A stretch of DNA of 64,000 bases from Parasitella parasitica NRRL 2501 (Eukaryota; Fungi; Mucoromycota), in NCBI GenBank assembly GCA_025201805.1, contig MU619263.1, positions 55,804 through 119,803 on the forward strand, read 5' to 3'. The position numbers were made by a program, and so were the translations under genes. Below, piece after piece: positions 40,667 through 52,760 of this stretch. Position 1 is the stretch's first letter. Every line of letters begins with the position of its first letter. The notes below the pieces were generated by a model that worked only from the letters and a program-made list of their open reading frames with translations, was not told the DNA's origin and did not search any database.

Positions 40667-42361
40667 TACCTGGGTTGCAGCTGCATGATTTTTCGACTTT
40701 GTACCACTTATACCAAAATCACTATGATGTCTCCCAAACTAATCTATTATGTTTATGGTTATTATTGATCATCAACAACAAATACTGGTGATTTCTATTG
40801 TTTTCCAGTACCCATTAATTACCAGGATTAGTCTCTACAGCAGGGCTGAAGTTTAACGCCTCACAATATTTTGAAATGCCCAAGCCAAAATACCCATGAG
40901 TGATACCATTCTCATTTTCAATAAAAACTGATGAACACCGAATACATTTGCTTAGAAGCTGTCCAGGAAGAATATAAAAAGGTTCATCTCCTATCTTTCA
41001 ATAGAAATGACATCGTGGGAAGCGACCTTCGGAAGTTGTTAGTAGCATCAATGAAGCCTTTTGAATGACATATCTTGTTGAAATTGATGCTCATCGTAAA
41101 ATGACTTGATAATTGTCTTCGAAATGTCTTGTGGGATGACTGAATGATCACTGTCAAAATTTACAAGAGTGCGAGCCGTATCAAATACTCATTAAAAGAG
41201 ATATCATCCCAACTTCTATTAACATTTCTTACGCTCCCATTGATATTAGCAATGATTTGGTGGAAATGCTGGAAAGGCAAAAATAACAATAAATAATACA
41301 ATCGTGATGCATTTCTTGAATCATACATGGTTAGTTTTGATCTTATATTTGTTGTTAGCTATCATAGCAGAGTTGGCCATCAACGAACACCTCTCCTCTA
41401 CTTCATCCTTTGCGGGCAATCAAATCATTCTTCATGTCTTTATTTGAATCAGATTGGATAGCACTTCCTAAGAGGCCCTTGATTCCTTCTCTAAAAGAAA
41501 TGTCTTAAGTGGGTTCTGCATTATCAGTAGCTTATGTTTCTACAGGACCAACATACTTTAAGCAACCAGCTTCATATGATGATACAGTAGCAGGTATCTC
41601 ATTTAAGGTAACACCACGCATCATGAAGCTATCGACTGTTGAGCGAGTAATGGTTCTATCCCTGAAGCACAAACCGGACGTATTCCAATCGTATTTATCG
41701 TGAGGAATAGTTTTCGTACCTAAATCCTTTCTGACGCTTACTGATGGATACAACTGCGTCAATATCTAAATGGGTGCTTGCATGATGGATGACTCGCGGT
41801 TTTTCTTGGTAAAAATTCGAAAATGTTAAACGTAAATTTAAAGGCAATGATAGTGATGAAAATAATTTAGGTTAAAAGGAAAATACTTGTGTTGCTTCTG
41901 AACTCTTCAGAAATGCAGGAGTCTTTGAAAATCAACCTTCATCCATTCCAAAATCTTTACTTATAGTTGACCTAAATGAGCCGACCTAATCTCCACTTGT
42001 CAGTTAATTAAAAGCAATTTAGCGTATTGATTAATGATGATGGATATAATATTTTAGTGGGTAAAAGGATATACAAAAATTAGAGTGAATAAATATAAAC
42101 TACTTTTAAAAAAATGTGCGTATTGAATATAACAAGCAAGACGCAGTTGTTGGAATTGCCTTGGACTTCTTGGCCGTCCAGATCCATTCAATAACAGTTC
42201 GAACGCAGTATGCATATTCTATACTGTTTTCGCATCTTTTACTTTCGAATCAAGTTACGAGAGAATACATAATAATTATGCTATTTACTAGCACTTTATT
42301 TCACACTTTTTTTTTTTTTGTAAGGTATAGTATAAAGGTTTGATTATAAATTGAGTCACTA

Positions 42362-43966
42362 TTAAGCAGCTAAGGTTGGTGTTTGAGTGCGAACAACTGT
42401 TACTACTACATTCTCAGTTGTGGTTGATGTGGTACCAAATACAGTTTCAAAAACAGGGTTGTACTGTGTTTGAGTTACCGTAACAAAATCGTTTACTTGA
42501 GTCAAAACGGTAGTCTTGATGGTTTGTTGCAGAATATATTTAGTCAACACTTTACCAGGACCAGTGACAGTTTCAGTAAGGGCAACAAAAGTAACAGGAG
42601 GTCCTGCTATTGTCACAATTGATCCAGGAACAGTTTGAGTGGCCCCTGCTTCTGTCAATGTTTGACCTGCTTCGGTTACCGTAGCGACATCAAATGTGAT
42701 TGTGTTGGCAATAACGGTTTCCCTCTCAGTTGTCGTTGTTGCCCTACCAACAAGTACCGTGATTTCCGTGGTCTCCGTGGCTTCTTGAGGATCGACAACT
42801 GTGATATTACGACCTTCAGTTACAGTTACTTTTGCGCCTTCAATGGTCTCTATACGGGTAATAGTGTGCTCAGGTATTGGTTCAGGCTCTTCAGACTCTG
42901 AAGAAGATGTTGGCGTTGGTATCAGCGTAGGTTTGCTAGACGTTTGGGTCGATGAAGTCTTTGGTGTAAAAGAGCTGGATGGCAATCTGGAACTCGAAGA
43001 GGACGTGCTAGAATGGGATGATATAGATGATGAAGTGGGCGTAGTTACTGGGCAATCGCTTTGTGAAATAAACACTTTAACAACCTTGTCATGCTTATGA
43101 GAGTTTTTCTTATGACTTGATTTCCAACCTGCTTTATTATTCCATTTCCAAGATCTTTCCTCGTCGTCTTCATCATCTTCATTTTCCTCAGAATAATTAT
43201 CGTCGTCCTCATCATTGTCCTCATCATCCTCATCATCCTCATCACCATCATCGTCTTCATCGTCATCATCGTCATCATCATCGTCTTGGCCATCATTTCC
43301 TTCCTTTTCTTCAGAAGAATATTTGTCAAGGTTTATACTATCACCAGTATCAATTGACCACTCAACAACTGCATTATAGTCTGTCTCATTGATGTTCTGA
43401 CTTGGATCTTGATTGCTACTCCATCTTTTAAGCAAACTAGATTGTCTTCTTGGTAAGAGACGCACTTCAGCATTTACTTGAGCTAGTAGGTGCGACCCGT
43501 TTTTGAGTTGAGGTATCAAATTGAGTACATGTTCCCCTGAATCTAAACTCAGTAGTTTCATATTCATTCTAGTAGTGTTATGAGCTCCACTTAATGTGAT
43601 GTTAAGTGGATATAAATCTAAACTTGTTTCCCCAATTTGGATGTCATGGTCATAAATGATAATTTTAGAATCATCTGGCCAAATAGGTAAGTTGAAAAGA
43701 AAATGAGAATCTGTATCTAGCTTACTTGGTCCATGATTAACAACTTGCATGATCACAGAATCTGTAAGATTCAGTAATAGGGGCTGTTCAGTGCCAATAA
43801 TAGATGACTGACGAGTTGCTACAGATGTTGAAGCAGAAGCCGAAGCTTTCATAGGATAGGAGGAGCTGCTACTGCTGTATTTATCCAGATATCTTGGTAT
43901 ATAATTTCCAAGCGCAACATGTCCAGTACAGATGAGACTGAAAAAAAGGACGCTTGATCGAACCAT
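42362..43966 (-). CDS. Predicted secreted low-complexity protein (acidic tract plus Ser/Thr- and Thr/Val-rich regions; adhesin/mucin-like)
   Basis: 534-aa intronless ORF with a hydrophobic signal peptide, a possible Kex2 site (LLKR), an about 45-residue D/E tract, an S/T/P linker and T/V/I-rich beta-prone repeats; no obvious GPI tail. Confidence 0.75.
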   Translation of the reverse strand: MVRSSVLFFSLICTGHVALGNYIPRYLDKYSSSSSSYPMKASASASTSVATRQSSIIGTEQPLLLNLTDSVIMQVVNHGPSKLDTDSHFLFNLPIWPDDSKIIIYDHDIQIGETSLDLYPLNITLSGAHNTTRMNMKLLSLDSGEHVLNLIPQLKNGSHLLAQVNAEVRLLPRRQSSLLKRWSSNQDPSQNINETDYNAVVEWSIDTGDSINLDKYSSEEKEGNDGQDDDDDDDDDEDDDGDEDDEDDEDNDEDDDNYSEENEDDEDDEERSWKWNNKAGWKSSHKKNSHKHDKVVKVFISQSDCPVTTPTSSSISSHSSTSSSSSRLPSSSFTPKTSSTQTSSKPTLIPTPTSSSESEEPEPIPEHTITRIETIEGAKVTVTEGRNITVVDPQEATETTEITVLVGRATTTTERETVIANTITFDVATVTEAGQTLTEAGATQTVPGSIVTIAGPPVTFVALTETVTGPGKVLTKYILQQTIKTTVLTQVNDFVTVTQTQYNPVFETVFGTTSTTTENVVVTVVRTQTPTLAA

Positions 43967-44271
43967 GTCTTAAATCAAAAGAAAGTTAGCCGAAACGAAA
44001 TGAAAATAATGTATTTTATATACACACAATTTGCTTATTTACGCTATAACTGTTATTTTAGAGAAGCATTCCTTCATTTTTGAATTTTTCCATCATCAAG
44101 AATGATTTTAATGCTTGCTTGGTTGTTAGTACAAATCCAAATTATTTCACATTAACAAAGTAATAAAGTGTAAGGTATAATATTTATGTATTGATCCAAC
44201 AGAATAGCAAAATGAGACTATTCAGGAACCAAATGTCTATAATGTTTATGCACAAAGTTCAAAATAAAGTT

Positions 44272-45476
44272 TTAAACTTCATTCGATACGGATTTGTGTC
44301 CTTTTCTCTTGCAACAACAGCTAACAAATTTACCAGAGCATAAAAATGCATGACGGAGACGCCGAAATGGGAAATATTGATGGAACGATTTGTTGCTCAA
44401 GATCCTATCATGTCTCATATTTTGATCCTTATCAATCAATATGCTCATACAGGCCTGTGGAAGCAGGTTAATATATACACACAGAATTTTAAATGTATTA
44501 AAACCTACAGCGACTGACATGACTACACCAAAGGTACTGCTCGCTGCAATCATAAACATGATGCACTGTTGATAGATCACTGCTTCCATCATGGGTGTCC
44601 CAGCCATGATCTGACCAGTCATCATGCCAGGTATATTAATCATGCCCATGACACTTAGTTGAGTGATTACAGGAAGTAATGCTATTCGAATGGCCTCAAC
44701 CGCCAGCGGTAATGAAGCTTCATATCTTGAAGCACCGAATGACAAACGAGTTTCGAGCATAGGAGCATGAGTACTGAATTGATCCAAACAGCGTTCTGTT
44801 GCCATCGCAACACTACTCATAGAGTTGCCCAAAAGCATGCCAATGACAGGAATAAATGTAGGTGGATCCCAAAATGGATCTACTTTTAACACATATGATG
44901 TGCCGATATAGGTAATCACTAGATTACTGATTAATAAAATAATAAACATTACTGGAAACTATTGTAAGAAGCTCTAGTGTTAACAACATACAATATCAAA
45001 ACAAGTTTAGTCTTGTATTACCATGCCCTTGAATGTTTTTTTTGTTCTGTTAAAGGCTGTTTCATAAGAGCCTAATAAGACAAAAATCACTGCAAATTTT
45101 TGTATTAGCTTATGATGACAAAAATAGATATCAATAGCTACCTGACATTGCAATCACTACGCTTATTTGTTTTGTTGCTAAAACATCATCCAAAATGAAA
45201 CCCTAAAACCATCGCAGTTTAGCAATTTATGAAGAGATAAACACAATTGCTCTCGATTCGGCATACCATTAACGACAATTGCACCACACATCTGACACCA
45301 CTTATAATCAATGAGAGTTCTAGTTTTGTTCCCAAGCATAGACTGACAATAGCTGATAAAATATCAATTTTTCAATTCACAACAAAAAAAACCAAGTCTG
45401 TACCTGCGATCAATATGGCAGTAGATGCTTCGCACACATTCCACCATGTCAATTCCGGTTGTTCAATTTCATCCAT
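44272..45476 (-). CDS. UPF0014 family membrane protein (FetB/YbbM, plant STAR2/ALS3-like)
   Basis: RCVVQLSLMG, IPVIGMLLGNSM, ETRLSFGASRYEA, GMINIPGMMTGQIMAG..PMEAVIYQ signature; several short introns; ATG at 45476. Confidence 0.88.
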
Positions 45477-47879
45477 ACTGGTTTGGAGAGACCTTTTCTT
45501 TCTACCAAGGATGCGGCTTTATTTGTAGAAAGAGAAGAAGGGGAATATATCCCATCCCACATAGCATTTTCTAATCTGATCCCCAATTTTAAGAAAAATG
45601 TCACGTTTCCATGTCGTTTGCTCTTAATCTGATCTTTTCTTAAGATTAGATTTGATTTACCAATTCCCAAGTCCTGTTTAAATTAATCAGATAAAAAACT
45701 GCAATCAAGCGAAAAATCAAATCAGATATCGGAGGGACTACAGTAATACTTTAAATCTGGAGAGGATAAAAACTATTAGGTCCAGGAAAGAGATACCAGC
45801 TCAAAGATACAGTGTAACATACCTGCACCATGTGGTCTGCTTGTTTTTTCTCTCATATGCGTCATTTGTCATTCCAATGACTTGTTTACAAAAATTAAGC
45901 TTTGTTTGTTTTTACGCATCTTCAATATTTATTACATTATGCATAACAAATTGGTGCCTGAATCTGGATTCGGATTCTTCCATGATAATGATAGAGCTGA
46001 TGATCTAAATATGCTCATCTTCTCTTTGCTTTCTAATTTTTACTGTGGCTAATATATGCCATGTAAATATTTAGTTTTTAATTAACTGCTAGTGCAATAC
46101 GTGAAATAGTCTAGGTATCCTAAGGATGATGTTTACTTAAAATATAGTCATTTTCATTGAAACGTTGTGTTATATATTTTCTATGCTTTTTATTATCCAC
46201 ACAGCTTCTTATAAAAATCAATTTGGACAGCCAAGAACATTTTTACAATCCAGTTGGTTTTTTCAATTTAGACGACAATCAGGAGCCATTTTTGCTCTAG
46301 ATACAGTAAGATATTTTAACATCGAACAAATTAGATGTTATTGGGTTAATTTGCCAACTTTTTTTTTGGGCATATAGACATTAACTCTTATTTTGACTAT
46401 TTAGGATTTTGCTACAAACCAATTCAAGAAAGATTAGAATATTGAACTACCGGAAATTATTTGGTTTGATGTCGCCAGCATACTATTTTCCTTTCGTATA
46501 ATAAATAAAACGTGTATTGATATTGTAGATTTTTTATCTATGCTTGTAAATACACCATGTAAATTAGTCGAGAGGATTCTTTTGTTATTATGTGCATACT
46601 ATAACAAAAATTTGTATGTCTTACAAAGCGTCTCCAAAGCTAACAAATTTTATCAGTAAGCTGCTTTGACCACAAGGGACTGTAGGATGCTGATATTTTC
46701 ATAATGTTTCCTTTCAAATGGTGATTGGCAATATTTCAATACTATTACATGCAAACAGTGACACCCATATCCATTATTAGAGTTTAAATTTCCTCATGAT
46801 AATAATATAATACAGATGACATCTTAGATTCACTTTACTTTAGTGGTTTCATCTCCTTGAGAAAAAAAAAAAGCAATACTGCTACCCGGTAATAGCTGCA
46901 GTTACCAGTGTAATGGCAATCAATCGAGATACATTTTCTTTGTCCAAGTATTCTAAGGCAAAATATAGAGTGTTTTTGTATTTTATACATATACTTACAA
47001 TTAACTTCTTAACTTTTTTCCTTTTTTAAAGTCAAGTCAGCGCACATCATATCTTGTCTTTATTCGACGTAGCCTAATAACAATGCATTATACATTCAAA
47101 GAGATTATTTGATCCGGGATCGATCTATAGTATTCATGGCAATCAGGAACCACCTTCGCGTTAACAACCAATCCACGTGATTTTGGAAACAATGAAAGGT
47201 CAATGGGGGAGCATTAAAAGGATATACTGACTGTTGCGTTTTTTTTCAATAAGGAGTCGATGTACAGCTTGATAGGGAGAAGCGATCAAATAGACTACAT
47301 CAAGTTACTTATATTTATATTTTGACTTGGATTGTGATGATCAAAGCCTATATATCTCAGTTTGAATGTATTGATTGAGGAGATTGCGTTGTTGCAGTTA
47401 CTAATTTTACTTGCAATTTACGGTGCAACATTAAAAATAAAAAATTGTGCGGGCATTCACTTTGTATCGTGTAAAGGGGAGATACATATGTTTTAGGACC
47501 CTTTCCTCTCTATGCATTTGTATTTTGTTTGTTGTATGATACTTATGCAAGTACATTTTATTATCTTTTGTACAACGGTCGATTGATTTGTAACTTTTTG
47601 ACAGTAGGTTGGCGGTAAATAGGATGTACATTTATATAGAGCAATTTATTGAACTAAAGGTAAATGTAATAATAAATATACGCTTATTAAGGGAGAAAAA
47701 GGCTCTCAATGCGTATACATGACTACAAAAAAAAATAAATAGGGGAAAGTCTGGAAAAAAAAAACAAAAGAAATTAGGTTGTGCTGTTAATATTAAAAGA
47801 ATGAAAATGGCAAACACTAGTACGACTAAAATAAAATAAAAAGCTAGAAGGGTGGTATAGAAAAAATGGTTGGATGATT

Positions 47880-48804
47880 TTATCGCTGTTGCTCCTCAGA
47901 AGCAGTTATTTCAGCAGCAATGGTTTTGATTCTTGTAACTAAACCATTCACCTCACCACGGCACTGGATTGCAGCATGTGTGCAGTCTTTGGTCTGCATT
48001 GCAGACTTTTCTATCTCCGTTTTCAATGCCTGCAGATGGGTCCTTACATCTTGCACAAATGCTTCCGTATTAGATCTTAACTGTCTTTTCATCAATGCTA
48101 AATGTTCAATGTGTTGGCGACGTTGCTTTAATTTCAAGCTGATTAATTCAATCATATGTTCATTCCTTTCGGTAATATAGCGTGCTTGGTCGACTAAGAC
48201 TGAATGGTCTTTTTGCAGTAAAGCAACTTCTCGCTCACAGCGTACACGGAGCTGATCAATTGAGTCCTGCAGGACATGTTGCTTGTGTTTTATTTGATTC
48301 TTCTCTTTGACTGCAATATCTCTGTCATGTTCGAGTACCTGCTCTCTTCTTCTGAGATCTTCCAATTGCCGCCTTGATGCCAATGCTTCGTCTTTTAATT
48401 GCTTCACTTTGAGCTCAAGCTGCGAGGACGATCCTTTTGTTCCATCCAAAGCCTTTTGCTTTGACTCAATCACTTGCATTATTTCTTTTATGCGAGTACG
48501 AAATACTTTGTTAGAGTTTGTGTAGTTCATGGTTTCTTTTTCGTGCTTTAGTTTTGCCTGACGAACGGCTTCAAGCTAATAAAATGCACAGACAAGTTAA
48601 TACAAGTAGTACATGTGCATTAATTACACATACTTGTGTTCTTGTTGCAACCAATTCTTTTTGGAGGAGCTCGTAATTATTGCTAAGCTGTTCAATGACT
48701 TTGTTTGATCTTGATGAATTGCTCGGCTGTGGTTGAACTATCACTGTCATTGGTGGAGTCATCAGTAGATTTGAACTGATGAATGGTTCTTGTACATGAA
48801 GCAT
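47880..48804 (-). CDS. Coiled-coil protein of unknown function (weak She3-like N-terminus)
   Basis: Two exons joined by a GTATGT...TTAG intron; continuous heptad pattern; begins SNKVIEQLSNNYELLQKEL. Confidence 0.7.
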
Positions 48805-48992
48805 TTTGTTTGTTGCAAAGAGAAAAGGAAATGAAGAATATAGGGGTAAATTATGAAAATAGAATAGAAAGGAAAAAGAAAAAGCAAGTAAAACAAAAAA
48901 GAAATCCTATAAAAATGGGCATCTTGGGGAGTCAAATAAGGGATTCATCAAGGATAGTCTGCTAATCTTGAACTCCTTGTTGTTAAGCAAAT

Positions 48993-48995
<3 letters not shown>

Positions 48996-49071
<76 letters not shown>

Positions 49072-49081
49072 NNNNNNNNNN
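48996..49081. other. Poly-T run followed by a 10-N assembly gap
   Basis: About 76 T, then N at 49072-49081. Confidence 0.97.
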
Positions 49082-49592
49082 TAGGTTTGCAGCACTAGCA
49101 TTTCATTTTTTGCTTTTACTAGGATAGCATTTACGATGTCGAATGTCAAGATGACTACTCACCAGTCTGTTTTTATTCTGATCTGGCATATTACAATAAT
49201 CACTGAACTTTGACCGCCTCCAAAAAAAAGTAAAAAAAAAAAAAGGCCATCTCATCTGCTAACTTGACTGTGAACAACCTCTTGGAAAAATGGCCAAATG
49301 CAACCAAGACGCTGCTGGACTATTTTAAACGTGCTCTTGTCTTTGATCAAGCAGTGATCTAAAAAAGACAAAGAATATCAAACAATCGGATTTCTAACCA
49401 CACCTGAGTTTCGTTGTTTTGCAGCTACGTTCGACATGCTTTATATTTCATATTCAACTCGCTCAACTTGCAATCCGATAACGTGATTTAAATAAAAGAG
49501 AGAAAGGGAGCAAGAGAATTTTTCTTTTCTGCTACAGATTATATTTATGGACACTTGGATTTTGGAATAATTTTATCTCTATTTCTGTGTAA

Positions 49593-51605
49593 ATGTCAAG
49601 TCCTTTTCATATTAGACAGAAAAATACGAGATCCCAACGTTACTTGTCCCGTTCAGTAGACACGAACTTTTTGAAGGCTTCTTCAATGGACAAAAATCAT
49701 AACAGCCTAAACCCTGAAGAATTGTCTTTTGATAGCACCCGTACAGACCTGAGTGCAAATAGCAGAGATGTGATTATTGCTGATCAATGGGTAGTATTAG
49801 GAAGAATCGGCGAAGGGTCATTTGGGGAAGTGTTTGAAGGTATGCGTAATTTGCCGTACCACAAAGCTTGTATATTCAACATACTCTGCATAGCTGAAGA
49901 CATTGACACTTTTAGACGTTATGCCATCAAGAGAGAACCGCTCAAAATGCGCCATCCTCAGCTTAAACATGAAAGCATTATCTACGATGCATTAGCCGGC
50001 GGACGTAACGTATTTCAAAAAGTTTATAAATGGCATTGACGTATTGAAATTCTCATTTTAGCTGGAATCCCTCAATGCCATTGGCATGGTCAACATGAAG
50101 GGTTTGATTGTATTGTAATCGATCTTTTGGGTCCTAATCTAAACCAATTAAAAGAGGTCACCCGAAAATTTGCAATCGATACTGTAGTCGATTTTGGTTG
50201 TCAAATGGTACTATAATCGCATAGTTTTATAAAAAAAAAAAAAAAAAAAAAAAAATGTAGTCTAATTTTGCAAGGTAATTACTAGGTATCCATCCTGGAA
50301 CATATTCACAAAAGGGGCCTCGTTTATCGAGACATCAAACCAGACAACTTTTTATTTTCGTCTAAATGTCATCTGCCTGAATCCGAGATGGTGGAGATAC
50401 CAGATGATAACGGCATGCCACATATCACATACATCAATCCTACATGCAAAGAAGTTTTCAAAAAATGGAATGAGCCGCACCCAAAGCTTTATATTGTTGA
50501 TTTTGGATTGACTACATGGTGGAGGGATCCTCGTACGGACAAGCCCTATCCTGAAGTCAAAAAGAATATGAAAAACAAGACAGGTACAGCGAGATACGCA
50601 TCCTTGAATGTGCATCGTGGCAAAACTCATTCCCGCCGTGATGATATTGAAAGTTTGGGGTATCTGTTGTTGGATTTGGTATTTGGCACGCTGCCTTGGG
50701 CAGGTATTCAAGCTCGTAACTCCCGTGCTGGTTGGGATAAAATGAAGCAGATAAAAGAAGACAATTTTATGAGCGATATATGCGCTGGCTTGCCACAAGG
50801 TTTTTTGGATTTCATTGAATATGCCAGAAAATTGAGATTTATGGAAGATCCCAACTATGAACTCTTGAGAGAGTTCTTATCTCAGTCTGTCAACAGTGGA
50901 AAATATTCAGCTATTATAAAGTCGCCATTTGGTGGTCATACTGAACGAAAATGGTTACAAGATATTGAAAGGGACTCTACTCCACTGACCCGTGCCGATA
51001 TGCCTAGACCAAATAGCAATGTGAATTCATCAAGACGCAATCATTATGAGCCACCTTCATACCACACAAATACGCCTGCACCTAGACAGAGAAGGGCGTC
51101 ATATAATTCATTTAATTATAAGCACCAGCAGCAACATGATGATGTATTTGCTATGGAAGATTTGAGCAATAATCTACCTCAAACTACAAATACACCCCCA
51201 CTACAAAGACATGATTACAACAATAGAGGTGGTAGAGGAATAAGGGGAGGGCATCATCATAGCCAACACAATGTAAATAAAAGATCAAGCCATGAATTCA
51301 ACCGCACAATACATCATGACCCTCCTACTTCTGCCGGACCATCGTCATTCCAAAAACTACTACGAAAGAATAAGAATATTCAGATAAGAGTTGGATGGAA
51401 CTCCCATAAGCATGACGAAGCTCCTTGGGAGCCTGCAACTGATTGGGAACAGCCTACAGTCGAAAAGCCAGACATCAACATTACAAATGCTACCTGGGGA
51501 GACGATAAAAACGATGAGCAATGGGGAGAACAGCAGAAGGATACATGGGGCATCGAAGAAGAAAACGGATCATGGGCTGCCACCGTTGAAAAGCCTTGGG
51601 CTTGA
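49593..51605 (+). CDS. Casein kinase I family kinase with a catalytic-domain insertion and a Trp-rich tail
   Basis: IGEGSFGEV, HPQLKHE, DLLGPNL, YRDIKPDNF, DFGL, TGTARYASLNVH, SRRDDIESLGY, LPWAGI; 3 introns. Confidence 0.93.
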
Positions 51606-52327
51606 TAAATATATAAATCAACTGTAAATTATTCACAATAAATTTTTTCCTGTTTGCTTCTGTTTGTCCTTGTAGGATCTATTTATTATTTAAAGTTTGT
51701 TTTCAAAACTAATATATTCTACATGATGATTTTGTAGAACATTGGTTTTAACCATCAAATGCATAATTTTTTATATGGTGTACCGAAAATATTGAAACGA
51801 GTAGGTAACAATTAAATAAATTATTACTATACGCGAAAGAAAGCTCATCTTTATTCAGCCAACTTTATCCATCCCAATGTAAAATCCGTTCAGGAACCTC
51901 TTCCTTTTATAGCAATTTCCAATTCAGATCCTGATGTTATGGCAGCATCACAAATCTCACTTACAATCGTAACTGTGAAAGATATTCACTATAATTATCT
52001 GCATTCCACTAATGTATCATCATTTCTAAACCGCCGAAGTCAAACGTCAAACTTGAGTTAATACTTTCCAGATCAGATCATGAATCTACAACCATGGCAT
52101 GTTGTTTACAATAGTTACAATATATTGTCCTAACTATCTAAATCTTACCGTCTAATACCTTTTATCCTCAAATCAATTGCATCAGTTCGAATAATTTATA
52201 AGCCCTCTCAATTGACTCAATAATAAACGAGGACACTTGATTAATTTTAATTACTCTTTTCAGTTAATAATTTATTTCTGATAAATCACTACTGATAACT
52301 TTCTAGATATCGATAAAGACATCTGAT

Positions 52328-52760
52328 AAAAACTTTCACCAGATACTACTACTAAGTCAATACTATGTTTTCCAAGTTAGATTTCGGTTCTACAGTTCTT
52401 TTAGCAAAAGTTATGACCAAATGTGTGAAATTATGAAAATAAGAACTGTTTTTTTGCAAATAACTTTTGATAGAGACATTGCCCAGTGAAAATTAAGTTA
52501 TGCTCACATATCGATGATCATGTCTGTTTTTATGAAACATAAAATAGGCTTATGTTGCTTTTTATCGTAGCCTATCATCGTTTATTACAATTTTTATATG
52601 GTTTGTACAATTAACTTTCTAAAAAAAATCATGCCAGATAGCGCCAAGCTAACGCTAAACTTTCTAAGTTAGATCTCGATCCTACAGTTCTTTCAGCCAA
52701 ATTTCTGATATCTCTTATTTATTCAAAACTTTTGATGGAGACATCGCCCAGTGGAAAGTT
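52328..52760. repeat. Diverged direct duplication (about 290 bp period) in intergenic DNA
   Basis: TTTC(C/T)AAGTTAGAT.TCG.T.CTACAGTTCTTT.AGC.AAA and ACTTTTGAT.GAGACAT.GCCCAGTG.AAA occur at about 52369-52494 and again at about 52661-52760. Confidence 0.75.
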
